Under the pieces are notes generated by a model. The model made no database searches, was not told the DNA's origin, and saw nothing but the letters and a program-made list of their open reading frames with translations. From Candidatus Latescibacterota bacterium (GTDB taxonomy: Bacteria; Latescibacterota; UBA2968; UBA8231), in contig OZ241362.1 of the NCBI GenBank assembly GCA_965200315.1, positions 2,347,117-2,411,116 on the forward strand: a stretch of DNA of 64,000 bases, in the 5' to 3' direction. Made by a program: the position numbers and the translations under genes. Shown piece by piece: positions 39,308-49,169 of this stretch (its first letter is position 1; the number at the start of each line of letters is the position of its first letter).

Positions 39308-40603
39308 CTATACACTCGCGAAGTCGATGCGCGGGTCCACGGCCTTGAGCAGAATATCCGCCACCAAGATCCCCGCCAAGGATAGGGCCGAACCAATGGT
39401 GAAAAGCGCCATAGCCACGGGGTAATCGCGCACGATGACCGACTGGAAAGCCAAAAAGCCCATGCCCGGAATGGTGAAGATCGTCTCGATAAACACCGAA
39501 CCCGCGATCATTCCCGGCAAAAGCCCAGCCATCAGCGTTACAATGGGAATCAGGGAATTGCGCAACACGTGACGCAGCACCACAACGCGGTAGCGCAATC
39601 CTTTGGCTTGGGCGGTGCGCACGTAGTCCAGCCGCAAATTCTCCAGCATGCTAGTGCGCATATAGCGCGAGATGCCAGCAAAGCTGGCGTAGGTCGAAGC
39701 CAATATCGGCAAAACCATGTGGTGAGCGTGGTCGGTTAGCAGTCGCCAGAATCCCCAGTCTTCCCCCGCGTCCAAGGATTGGATACCGGAGGCCGGGAAC
39801 CAGTGGAAGAATTCCTTGTTGGAGAAAAACAAAATCAACAGCATGCCGACCCAAAACGAAGGCATTGACCACAGCATGAAAGTCCCGGTGGTAACTAAGC
39901 GATCTGTAATAGTATTTTGCTTGACCGCGATCACTATGCCCAGCGGCACGCCGACTAGATAGGCAAACACTAGGCTGATGAGGTTGATTTCCAGCGTGAC
40001 GGGCAGCCGGTCAAGGATGTGGTCGATGACCGGTTGCTGATCTTTGAAGGAGCGCCCCAAATTAAGCGTCACCAAACGCCAATCTCCCGTCTGCACCAGC
40101 TCCAAACCAGACCCAGCATACGCATAGTTTTTAGCTGGCGAGAAAAGGCGGCTCTGCCAGAAAGGCGACTCGACTAGCTCGTTGACGCGCTCGGGGCGCA
40201 GGCGGCGAAAGTGCTCCAAGAACCGCGCCTTGCGCTCCTCGCCCTCAAGCGAGACCAACTCGGCCCGCTCCGCGTCCGCTAGCTCGTCGAGCACGGCGTC
40301 GGCCAACAAGGCCCCTCGGTCGAATGCGCCTAGGTCCTCCACCCGCAAGACCAAGTTGGAAAGCCAGTGCAAGTATTGGATGTGTAGCGGTTGGTCCAGC
40401 CCAAGTTGGCGGCGCAAATCCCGGCGCGTCTTCTCCATGTCCGTCTGATGGTCGGTGGAGATCCCCTCGCCACCAGCGGCCCCACCCAAGAACAGATCGA
40501 CTGGGTCGCCGGGCGCCAAGCGCATAATCAGAAAAGTCAGTAGGGTGATGCCGAGGAGGGTTGGGATGGCCAGCAGAATGCGCTGGATGGTGTACTGCAG
40601 CAT
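39308..40603 (-). CDS. ABC transporter permease, peptide/nickel type (DppB/OppB-like) with enlarged first periplasmic loop
   Basis: MLQYTIQRILLAIPTLLGITLLTFLIMRLAPGDP and YVRTAQAKGLRYRVVVLRHVLRNSLIPIVT. It carries an insertion of about 100 aa after TM1. Confidence 0.9.
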   Translation of the reverse strand: MLQYTIQRILLAIPTLLGITLLTFLIMRLAPGDPVDLFLGGAAGGEGISTDHQTDMEKTRRDLRRQLGLDQPLHIQYLHWLSNLVLRVEDLGAFDRGALLADAVLDELADAERAELVSLEGEERKARFLEHFRRLRPERVNELVESPFWQSRLFSPAKNYAYAGSGLELVQTGDWRLVTLNLGRSFKDQQPVIDHILDRLPVTLEINLISLVFAYLVGVPLGIVIAVKQNTITDRLVTTGTFMLWSMPSFWVGMLLILFFSNKEFFHWFPASGIQSLDAGEDWGFWRLLTDHAHHMVLPILASTYASFAGISRYMRTSMLENLRLDYVRTAQAKGLRYRVVVLRHVLRNSLIPIVTLMAGLLPGMIAGSVFIETIFTIPGMGFLAFQSVIVRDYPVAMALFTIGSALSLAGILVADILLKAVDPRIDFASV

Positions 40604-40621
40604 GGTGGGAGCGCGGGCGCT

Positions 40622-41632
40622 TTACTCCTCTAGTTCTGCGGCCCGCGCAAACGCCGCTTCGCTTTCCTCAATCAATTCTTTATGGGCGAAAATCGTCCCC
40701 AAGTGCATCCACACCAAAGCATTGTCCGGCGTTTGTTCGGAGAGCTGCTTCAAAAGCGGCAACGCGCTATCCATGTCCTCTGTGGCCAAGTGGACCATGG
40801 CGAGATTGTAGCGTGCGTCCCCGTCGTCGGGTTTGAGCTGGAGGACCTGCTCATAGGCCCGCTTAGCCGCGGTGTATTTTTCTTGCTGCCAGTAGATATT
40901 GCCCAAGTTGAAGTGGGGCCTGAAATCATCGGGGTTTAGTTCAATGACCTTGCGGTAATTGACCTCGGCACGCTCGTAGTCTTGGGCTTGAGCTTGGGCG
41001 ATGGCGAGATTGGTCAGGGCATTGAGGTTTGCGGGATTGATCTTGACCACCTGCGACAAGGTGCCGATGGCCTCATCGAGCTGGCCATTTTCCAAGTAGA
41101 GCGACCCTAGGCTGAAAAAGGTGCTCTCGTCTTCTGGATCCGCGGACGCGACCTTCTGGTAGGTGGCAATGGCCGCGTCCGTGCTGTCGATCTGGTAATA
41201 GACGTACGCGAGGTTGCGCCAAGCATCGAGCGCACTTTCGTCGATGAGGGTAGCGTTGTGGAACGAGTGCCGCGCCAGGTCGTAGTTCGGGGTCTCTCCT
41301 TGGGCGTGGACGACGCCGGCATTGTACTCACGCGTCCAAAAGTGGCGGCGCGTTCGTTCGGCCTCGCTTTGAAATTTGGGGGCGCGCTCAGCGTGCGCTA
41401 GGTGCTCGGCCATTTCGCCATAGCGGCCCTCTTCGCCTAAGAGCTTGCCCATGAGTAGGTGAGCCTCGCTATTTTCTGGCTCGGCTTGCAAGACTAGGGC
41501 GAGTTGTTCTTTGGCCTCTTGCGGCTGCTCCTGTTGGATATAGAGCTTGGCCGCGGTCAGGGTCGAACTCTGACACCCCAATCCGGCGACGATGACGAAC
41601 ACCGCCAGCCAGCACACAAATCTCATTGGCAA
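40622..41632 (-). CDS. TPR-repeat lipoprotein
   Basis: Lipobox VAGLGC, followed by successive 34-residue TPR-like repeats (A..Y..AL...P....A..NLG). Confidence 0.8.
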   Translation of the reverse strand: MPMRFVCWLAVFVIVAGLGCQSSTLTAAKLYIQQEQPQEAKEQLALVLQAEPENSEAHLLMGKLLGEEGRYGEMAEHLAHAERAPKFQSEAERTRRHFWTREYNAGVVHAQGETPNYDLARHSFHNATLIDESALDAWRNLAYVYYQIDSTDAAIATYQKVASADPEDESTFFSLGSLYLENGQLDEAIGTLSQVVKINPANLNALTNLAIAQAQAQDYERAEVNYRKVIELNPDDFRPHFNLGNIYWQQEKYTAAKRAYEQVLQLKPDDGDARYNLAMVHLATEDMDSALPLLKQLSEQTPDNALVWMHLGTIFAHKELIEESEAAFARAAELEE

Positions 41633-41640
41633 TCCCCTTC

Positions 41641-41678
41641 GAGAAAAACTGCGCGGCGCACAGGACGTGCGCCGCGCA
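41641..41678 (-). terminator. rho-independent terminator after the PorV-like gene
   Basis: Perfect 12-bp stem tgcgcggcgcac / gtgcgccgcgca with a 5-nt loop. On the minus strand it is followed by GTTTTTCTC. Confidence 0.78.
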
Positions 41679-41688
41679 ACGGTCGAAT

Positions 41689-42723
41689 TTAGAACCCGAA
41701 CTGAAAGGTAAAGGTATTGAGCGCGTCGAAATACTCAACCGTCGTGTAGGCGTAATCAACGCGCAAATCTTTGATCGTCCCGGCATCCAGATTCAGACCA
41801 AAGCCGAAGCTAGTGCCGTAGATGTAGTCGTCGGTCGAGTTGGGCGCGTAGTCGAAGCCAGCGCGCAGGGCGAAGAACTCGTTCAACACATATTCGGCAC
41901 CCAATCGGTACTGGTCGTAGGCGAAATTGTTGTGCCGGAAGACCGAGGACAGATTGACCGCGCCCAGACCAGTGGGCTCGTAACGGTAGCTCAGACCGAG
42001 TTCAAATACCGAGGGCAGGTCGGCGGAGCTAGCCTGCACATTGTAATCGGAAGGTCCGCGGCGCAACCCGTCGACTTGGCCGCGGCGCAACAGGCCGGAA
42101 CCTCCAAACTGCATCCGCGTACCGATGTGCTTGAGCACCACCCCCAAGTCCAAGCCGGCAATTCCGCCCAGATTGGCGTATTGCAGACCGGCGCTAAACG
42201 AGGCTGCGGTAGCCTCGACGCGCAGGATGCGGTTGACGATATAATGGCTGGTAAACCCGACAGCGATGCGATCAGTCAGTTCCCTCGCAAAGGTCAGGCC
42301 GACCGTGAAGAAGGTCGGCGAAAAGTCCGCGCCGGTGCCGTCTGGATTGGCCTCGGTCGTCACTGGGATTGGGCCAAAATCCAGCGCCTTGATGTTGAGG
42401 GCCAGCGCACCGAGGCTCTTGAAATTGGCACCGGTGGCCAGATAGTTGATGCGGGTATCCGCCAGATAGGACATCGTCGAGAACATGATGCCCGCGTTGG
42501 ATTCGGACTTGGACAAGCCTGCCGGGTTCCAGTGCAGAGCCTCTAAACCAGAACTAGTGGCGATTGAGGCCCCGCCCAAGGCCATGTCGCGCGCGCCAAC
42601 CGGAATCAGCAGTTCCGGGGCCGCGGCCGTACCGGCGCGATCATAGCCGTCGGCAAAGGCCGTAGCCGAGGCGAAAACCAGCGCCAGCAGGATCGTCGAG
42701 ATGCGAAAGCTGTGTCGAAGCAT
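41689..42723 (-). CDS. PorV/PorQ-like outer-membrane beta-barrel protein, paralog 2
   Basis: ATG at 42723 with AGGAGG 7 nt upstream. Signal peptide MLRHSFRISTILLALVFASATAFA. Motif LLIPVGARDMALGGASIATSSGLEALHWNPAGLS. C-terminal FTFQFGF. Confidence 0.75.
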   Translation of the reverse strand: MLRHSFRISTILLALVFASATAFADGYDRAGTAAAPELLIPVGARDMALGGASIATSSGLEALHWNPAGLSKSESNAGIMFSTMSYLADTRINYLATGANFKSLGALALNIKALDFGPIPVTTEANPDGTGADFSPTFFTVGLTFARELTDRIAVGFTSHYIVNRILRVEATAASFSAGLQYANLGGIAGLDLGVVLKHIGTRMQFGGSGLLRRGQVDGLRRGPSDYNVQASSADLPSVFELGLSYRYEPTGLGAVNLSSVFRHNNFAYDQYRLGAEYVLNEFFALRAGFDYAPNSTDDYIYGTSFGFGLNLDAGTIKDLRVDYAYTTVEYFDALNTFTFQFGF

Positions 42724-42762
42724 GGAATGGCCTCCTATTTCTCTCTTTGATATCCCGTGCAC

Positions 42763-45700
42763 CTAGAAGTTCTCCAAGAACTGCTGCTCTTGGATGACGG
42801 CCAGCTTGAGGATTCGACTCATGCCGTGATCCGGCAGTTCGATATGGGCGATGTACATGCCGCTGGCCACCGGCAGTGCATTGTGGTTTTGCAGATCCCA
42901 GCGCGTGAACTGCGATGGGTCGTCCTTCTCAATCGTGCGCACCAGCGTACCGCTCATGTCGAAGATGCGGATATTCGCCTTGGACGGCAGGTGGCTGAAG
43001 GTCACGAAGTGGCTGTAACGGCTGGTTTCCGCCATGTTGACGCCGAGGTAGGGATTGGGGAAGACGTTGATCTTCTCGATGTCCTCCTTGAGGAATTCGG
43101 CGTTCTCATCTCGCCCTGGGACGAGAAAGGAGAATACATCGTCAGCGCTGTTGACCCTGTAAGGGATCAACCTCAGAATCTGACCGTCTTCGAGCATATC
43201 CATCTCGTGGTCACCACTTCTTAGCGTACCCCATAGTGCCGCATGGATGTCGAAGGTAACTGCATCGGCTAAGATGCTTTTGCCTTCGCCGTATTGATCC
43301 AGTGGCGCGTCGCTATAGTCGCTGTCAAAAATAAACAAGTACTCGCGACCACCGAGCCCGCGATCCGGGTCTTCCGAGGCCAAATCCCAAGTGCCGTTCT
43401 CCGAAGTGGAACCCGAGTTCTCGACAAAGCCGATATTGACCTGCCGCGGTGGGTCGCTGTCCACTTCCCAAGCGGTAAAAGGCACATCGGCAAAATCTTG
43501 AAAACCGTAATTGGGATCGCCGCCGCGCAGATAGCGGTAGCCTTTCTGCGTATTGGTGCGACTAAAACGAATCTCGATGGCCTTCAGGTCGGCACCGCCA
43601 AGCGAAGAGCCGAAGAAATTAGGACCGACGTCAGCACCGCCGCCAAGGGCACTGCCACCCCAGTTTATACCGGTTAGCCAGCGCTCCGATCCCTCCCACT
43701 CCCAACCACTAAGCGCCAGCGGTGGGCCGAGGACCATCAGTTCAAAGCCGTGGTCCGGGAGGTAGATGGCCGCTCGCTCGTCGCCCGGACCGATCTCGAA
43801 CTGGTCGGCAAGGAGAATCTTGCCACCATCGGTTTCATCTATCAAGCTCCACACGGTGTGTCCCTCTTCATCCGCGCCGAAGCGGACCTGATAGTTGTGG
43901 CCCGTGGTGAATGTAGGGTTGACTACCACGACCTCAACCTCTCCCTCACTGATACCGGAAGTGTGCTCGGGGGTTATCGCGGTGTCAGGCTTGCTCAGAT
44001 AGCGGGTACCTGGCGGCGGCTCCTGCGGTACGCAGATCAGGTTCTGCGGCGTACTCTCCAGCGTAGTGTTAGCGGCTTCTTCGGCGGTGGCGCGGTTGTA
44101 GGCCGTCACTGCAAAGTAGTACCGCTGGCCGTTGACCAGCGGGCCGCTACGGATGTGGTCCTGAGTAATCGTGGTATTGCGCCTGAGCCCGAAGTCGATG
44201 CCGATCTGTAGGGGCACATCGAGCACCACGCCCGATTCCTCGTCGAGGGCAATGCCGAGGATTGTAGTCACACCATTCTCGATGTCAAAAGTCGCTACCC
44301 TGACGCCCTGAGAAAGCGTGGCTTCGGCCGAGGGCAACTGATAGAGGTTGTAGCCTTCAAATTCAAAGCCGGGCGAACCCTCGCCTTCGGTGGCCTGAAT
44401 CGACTCGTCGTCCCAACCCCAATCCAAGAAGATCGCCTGATCGAGCTCGGCTACGCGGACATTGGGCTGGGTCGGCGGCTTGGGCACCTCGAAGAAGCTG
44501 TTGTAGGCGTCCTGTACAAACTGGTCGTTGAATTTCAGCTTGGAGACACTACGCAGGCGATCGGTAGAAATGCCGCCGAGCAGCGCGACCACCACTTCCT
44601 GAGTATCGCCTAAGGCCATCTCAAACGGACCGGTGTTGAGCACGATGCGCCGGTCGCCGGCTGGCAGCGGAATTCCGTCGTTCCAGCCTTGGGCCGTAGT
44701 CGGATCGCCGTCGAGGGTGAAAAAGGTGCCATCGCCAGTCAGGGGATTGGTGTACGGAACGGGGTTGCCAATGTCGGGCTGGGGCTGAAAGCCGCGCAGC
44801 AAATTGTACCACTCCTCGGTACCGATGTATTCGCCGAGTTCCGGGTCGTCAATAGCCGAGCCGGCGGCAAAGTACACAAAGGAAGTCATTGGCAAATTAC
44901 GATAGCCGAGTCTCCGGCCAAAGTTGAAAATGGCTTCCGAACTCTCATCCAAGACCAAGTTGCCGTCTTCGTCCAACAGCGGGTCGCCGTTTTCGTCTTT
45001 CTGGAATACCGGAACGGCCGGCCCTTGGAGGAAGTCGTAGCCCACGGCTGGCGGTGCCAGTCCAAAGGGTACGTAGTGCGAGTCGTCGTTGATTGAGTTG
45101 TACACGTAGCCGAGACTTAAATCGATATCGGCCCCGGCGAAGTCGTCGCCGTAGTTGCCCAAATCTGGGTCGGACCACTGGGCAAAGTACATATCTTCAA
45201 TGCGGGCTGTATCCGGGGTGGCACTGGTGCCTTTGTAAATGACCGTGAACTTCTTGAAAATCACATCGCCCAGCGCGTCGGTGCGGGCGTACCCCCAAAG
45301 CAGCACCTGGACTTCAAGGCCAATGGGTTTGGAGCCGTACAGGGATTGCGCCGCCCCCACATCGAGGTCGTTAATCACAAACCAAGCCACTTGGTCGGCC
45401 CCGGCCACGCCCGGCTCGTCAATGTCTGGATTATACTCGCCGTCCCCGTCATTGTCGTAATAGGGTGCCCCTTTCTGATGGGGCCATTCGCGCCAATCCT
45501 GCTCGTACTGGGCGCGCAAGGCTTCCTCGTCGCTGTCGGTGACCGCACTCAGCCCAATTCCCAAGCTCTCGGAGGCGTCGAGACGCAAGTCCGCCGTCTG
45601 ATAATCGCGGCGAATGCGGTAGATGCGGACGCTTGGATCGGCGGGATCTTCGGCCACGCCCTTGCTGATAATGCGGCCGGGCACGGTGCCTATTGCGTAG

Positions 45701-46020
45701 GTCTGGCCGCCGACGCGCAGTTCCTGTGGATCGCCGTCCTTGACGATGCCACCCCAGATCAGGCCATCCCTATAGATGACTTGGTCAGTCGAGCGCGGAA
45801 AGGTTACCCCGGAGCCGGAGGTGAGTGGGTTGTACCCGGACGAGCCGTTGTGCTCAAACCACATGGCCATGTTGTTGATGTTGAGCAAGGCGCGCCCGCC
45901 GAAGTCGTTTTCCTGCGTGGTTTTGGCAGCGCGATACGCGCTCGGTCCGCGGCTTTGGACCGGGCCGGCTACGCCGAGCAAAAGCCCAGCGGTCGCCAAA
46001 TAGGTGACAAACTTTTTCAT
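42763..46020 (-). CDS. large secreted protein with T9SS type-A C-terminal sorting domain (1085 aa)
   Basis: Signal peptide MKKFVTYLATAGLLLGVAGPVQS. The C-terminal part, roughly 85 aa (VFPNPYLG ... IRIFDMSGTLVRTI ... WDLQNHNALPVASGMYIAHIEL ... KLAVIQ), fits the Por secretion tail pattern. The body has no recognised catalytic domain. Confidence 0.8.
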   Translation of the reverse strand: MKKFVTYLATAGLLLGVAGPVQSRGPSAYRAAKTTQENDFGGRALLNINNMAMWFEHNGSSGYNPLTSGSGVTFPRSTDQVIYRDGLIWGGIVKDGDPQELRVGGQTYAIGTVPGRIISKGVAEDPADPSVRIYRIRRDYQTADLRLDASESLGIGLSAVTDSDEEALRAQYEQDWREWPHQKGAPYYDNDGDGEYNPDIDEPGVAGADQVAWFVINDLDVGAAQSLYGSKPIGLEVQVLLWGYARTDALGDVIFKKFTVIYKGTSATPDTARIEDMYFAQWSDPDLGNYGDDFAGADIDLSLGYVYNSINDDSHYVPFGLAPPAVGYDFLQGPAVPVFQKDENGDPLLDEDGNLVLDESSEAIFNFGRRLGYRNLPMTSFVYFAAGSAIDDPELGEYIGTEEWYNLLRGFQPQPDIGNPVPYTNPLTGDGTFFTLDGDPTTAQGWNDGIPLPAGDRRIVLNTGPFEMALGDTQEVVVALLGGISTDRLRSVSKLKFNDQFVQDAYNSFFEVPKPPTQPNVRVAELDQAIFLDWGWDDESIQATEGEGSPGFEFEGYNLYQLPSAEATLSQGVRVATFDIENGVTTILGIALDEESGVVLDVPLQIGIDFGLRRNTTITQDHIRSGPLVNGQRYYFAVTAYNRATAEEAANTTLESTPQNLICVPQEPPPGTRYLSKPDTAITPEHTSGISEGEVEVVVVNPTFTTGHNYQVRFGADEEGHTVWSLIDETDGGKILLADQFEIGPGDERAAIYLPDHGFELMVLGPPLALSGWEWEGSERWLTGINWGGSALGGGADVGPNFFGSSLGGADLKAIEIRFSRTNTQKGYRYLRGGDPNYGFQDFADVPFTAWEVDSDPPRQVNIGFVENSGSTSENGTWDLASEDPDRGLGGREYLFIFDSDYSDAPLDQYGEGKSILADAVTFDIHAALWGTLRSGDHEMDMLEDGQILRLIPYRVNSADDVFSFLVPGRDENAEFLKEDIEKINVFPNPYLGVNMAETSRYSHFVTFSHLPSKANIRIFDMSGTLVRTIEKDDPSQFTRWDLQNHNALPVASGMYIAHIELPDHGMSRILKLAVIQEQQFLENF

Positions 46021-46037
46021 AACGTTTTCCTCCCTTT

Positions 46038-49000
46038 TTACAAGCCCAGTTTGATCCCTAAACGGATCTGGCGCGGCGAGCCAAACAGGTCTCCACCTTC
46101 GGTGTTCCAGTAGTGCTGCCGATTGGCCAAATTGATGGCCTCGTATAGCTGCCGGTACGTATCACTGCCACTGGCTGCAATAATTTGGCTGCTCAGATCG
46201 GGGTTGGTGAGGAAACCGTCGTCCTCGGCACTGCCGGTGCGGCCGTACACGTTAATCACGTTTTTGCGGTTGAACAGATTATAGACAGAGAGATAAAGCT
46301 GTGCATCGGCACCGAACAGACCAAAGCCTTTATCCACTTTCAGATCAACCTCAAACGTCCAAGGCGTCGAAGAGGCGTTGATGCTTTCTAAAGGCTTGCG
46401 CGAGCGCGGATCGTCGTTGGCGAGGATGCCACCCTCTTCGGGGCCGCGCTGGCCAATGGACCCGCTCGACAGGGTGAAATTGTGGCCGCTGCTAAAGTAA
46501 AACAGCAGGTTGGCCCCCAGATTCTCTAGGATCGGCCCACCGTCGTTGTCGGCAAAGCGATAGTCAACAAAGATGTTGCCTCGATGCGCCTCATTAAAAT
46601 CCAACGGCGAAATGATGGTGGGCAAGTTGGTGTTGTTCTCAACCCCAGAAACGGCCGAATTGGTCGATGAGCCGGTGCCGCGAGCATCCGACAGGGTATA
46701 GTTAAGCTCAGTGCGCAACCGATTGATACGACGCAACTTGAAGACGAACTCCAAACCCTTGGTCGTAGCAAAGTCGCCGTTTTGCAGGAAATTGTACGCG
46801 CTGGCGTTCTTCGCGCTCGCCGAAATGTTCTGGCGCTGAATCTGCAACTGCCCTTTTACGTCGCGGTAGAAGCCAGTGATGTCGAAGGAAGCCATGTCGG
46901 TAAATTGACGTTCAAAGCCGATCTCGTATTGGGTCGTGCGGATCGGCTCAATGTCGAAGGCCGTGGGCACGGAGATGAAATTTTGGCCGCCTAGCTCCAA
47001 GGCCAGCCGTGCCCCGCCGGCGTACATGGAGCGCATGGCTGGCATTTGCGAGAAGCGGCCGTACTGCACGTGGAAGACCGTCCGATCCGACACTGGAAAC
47101 GAGAACCCGAGTCGCGGGCTGAGTTCGCTAAACGTGCGGGTCTTGGTCATTGACTCGAGATTGATCGTATAGAGCGAATCGGTGCGCACCGGGGCTTCGG
47201 GATTCTTGAAGCGCCAGCTATCGACATCGAAGTAATCCCAGCGCAGGCCGGCGTTCACGATGAGATCATTGTATTCGATCTTGTCCTGTACATAGGCCGA
47301 GGCCATCACCGGATGGCGCGGTGCCTCCAGCCCTTCGCCTTGGTCCTTGCGGCCAAAAGCGTCGAAGCCGAAGTAATCGGAGCGGCTGCTGTTGCGGATC
47401 AAGGTCTCAAAATCCGCAAGGCTGCCCTGCCCGTCGGGCAAGGTTTCGGCGGTGGCGATCAATTCATCTAGCACTTGGTCGGCACTTATGCCGCCGGCGT
47501 AATACCGATCGTAAACCGCGTCTAAGTCGGGGTATGTGGTGGAGATGGCTCTGCGGAGGGCACTGGTCCTGATGTCAAAGCGGCGCGAAGTCCAGTACTG
47601 ATAGTTGAAGCCGACCTTGAACTGATGGAGGTCAGTTTGGTGCATCAGGCTGCCACCCCCCCCGTAGTAGCTCTCCTCGGCTTTGCCATAGGAGGAGGCC
47701 AAATCGCCCGTCCTAGCAAAGGGGAAGCCGTTCAGATCGTAATCCCGCAGCGAGATGCCCTGACTGGAGTACGGCGTGAAATCCGGGTTGGCTTGGGCGA
47801 CAGCGAGGCTGTCGTTGTAGAGCATGAACGCATCGCCGAAAACCGGATCAAAGTACTCGCGCGCTTGGTTGTAGAGGCTGGCGTTGAATTCGTAAAGGGT
47901 ATTGGCATTGAGGAGGTGAGTGCCGCTGACATGGAGCAGGCCCGTAGCCCGATCGGCCTCGGGCAGCCGCTCGGTATTAAAGGCACTGTAAACAGGCAGC
48001 CCATTAAATTCCTGGTCTTCCCCTGAGTACAGGCCCGTGACCCGCACCTGAAAGGGCTGCAAGTCAAAGAGCAGGGTGCCGTTGAACGTCATCGCTTGCA
48101 AACCTCGATGATCGATGTTGCCCGGACTGATGGCTAGATCAACCGTATCTGGCACCGCGTTGTCCTCGGCGTCCTTGCGCCAATGCACCCGGCCGCCGCG
48201 GTCACCCGAATCGACTAAGTCGGCAAACTCAAAGCCCTCCCAGAAGACGGGTGGGGAGTCGCGAACCCAGCGCTGCCCGGCCAGAAAGGCTCGCACCTTC
48301 TTGCTGCCGACGACCGGGCCGCCAGCCGTGAACACTTGGGTGGAATACCCATAAGAATACGTGCCGAAGCGCTTTTCGTAGGGGGAGGTGAAGTTGTCCG
48401 TCTCGCTCAGCAGCCCGAATTCCCAATTGGAGGGGCCGGTGCGTAACTCCTGCAAGATGATGCCGGCGTTGGCCCCACCGTACTCGGCGTTGAAGCCCCC
48501 GGCCTGTAGCTGGACCTCCGCTAGGGCTTCATCTATCAGGTTGACTGCTACTCCGCCAGTGACCGGATTGCGGACGGTGGCCCCATCGACGTAGTAGCCG
48601 ATCTCGTCCGAGCGCGAGCCGCGCACATGCAACGTGCCCTCGTCATATACCACGCCCGGCTGTAGGTTTATGACACTCGCGACGCCTCTGAACGGCAGAA
48701 GCTCTATGTCCTCGGCATCAACGATGCGCACCGCATTGGTCGCGGTTTTGTCGATGATCGGCCGCTCGGCGCGAATTACCACCTCATCGACTTGGATATC
48801 CGAAGAAGTCAGGTCAATGTCGAGATTCGTAGTCAGGTCGGCGGAGACCCGCACATCTTCAACGATATAATCCGCGTAGCCGACATAGGTGGCCTTGAGG
48901 GTGTAGGTACCCGCCGGCACGTTGAGGATAAAGAAGCGGCCCTTTTCGTCCGCTGTGGCCCCTAACTTGGTATCCATCACCACGATATTGGCATGGGGCA

Positions 49001-49136
49001 GCCCATCCCCGGTGGCGGCCTCCTTGACGACACCAGCTATTTTGCCACCCGTACTGGCCTCGGCCGGAGCCAAGCTCAGCGCGAGCAAAACGCCCAATGC
49101 GGTCAAGACGCGAAAAACGTCAGCAAATTTGGTCAT
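46038..49136 (-). CDS. TonB-dependent receptor with N-terminal carboxypeptidase-regulatory-like domain
   Basis: Signal peptide, then GKIAGVVKEAATGDGLPHANIVVMD...GTYTLKATYVGY (CarboxypepD_reg-like). Plug region VVIRAERPIIDKTATNAVRIVDAEDIELLP. Long beta-barrel. AAGGAGG sits before the ATG. Confidence 0.9.
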   Translation of the reverse strand: MTKFADVFRVLTALGVLLALSLAPAEASTGGKIAGVVKEAATGDGLPHANIVVMDTKLGATADEKGRFFILNVPAGTYTLKATYVGYADYIVEDVRVSADLTTNLDIDLTSSDIQVDEVVIRAERPIIDKTATNAVRIVDAEDIELLPFRGVASVINLQPGVVYDEGTLHVRGSRSDEIGYYVDGATVRNPVTGGVAVNLIDEALAEVQLQAGGFNAEYGGANAGIILQELRTGPSNWEFGLLSETDNFTSPYEKRFGTYSYGYSTQVFTAGGPVVGSKKVRAFLAGQRWVRDSPPVFWEGFEFADLVDSGDRGGRVHWRKDAEDNAVPDTVDLAISPGNIDHRGLQAMTFNGTLLFDLQPFQVRVTGLYSGEDQEFNGLPVYSAFNTERLPEADRATGLLHVSGTHLLNANTLYEFNASLYNQAREYFDPVFGDAFMLYNDSLAVAQANPDFTPYSSQGISLRDYDLNGFPFARTGDLASSYGKAEESYYGGGGSLMHQTDLHQFKVGFNYQYWTSRRFDIRTSALRRAISTTYPDLDAVYDRYYAGGISADQVLDELIATAETLPDGQGSLADFETLIRNSSRSDYFGFDAFGRKDQGEGLEAPRHPVMASAYVQDKIEYNDLIVNAGLRWDYFDVDSWRFKNPEAPVRTDSLYTINLESMTKTRTFSELSPRLGFSFPVSDRTVFHVQYGRFSQMPAMRSMYAGGARLALELGGQNFISVPTAFDIEPIRTTQYEIGFERQFTDMASFDITGFYRDVKGQLQIQRQNISASAKNASAYNFLQNGDFATTKGLEFVFKLRRINRLRTELNYTLSDARGTGSSTNSAVSGVENNTNLPTIISPLDFNEAHRGNIFVDYRFADNDGGPILENLGANLLFYFSSGHNFTLSSGSIGQRGPEEGGILANDDPRSRKPLESINASSTPWTFEVDLKVDKGFGLFGADAQLYLSVYNLFNRKNVINVYGRTGSAEDDGFLTNPDLSSQIIAASGSDTYRQLYEAINLANRQHYWNTEGGDLFGSPRQIRLGIKLGL

Positions 49137-49169
49137 ATATCCCTCCTTTGTAAGGTATTCAATACCCCT

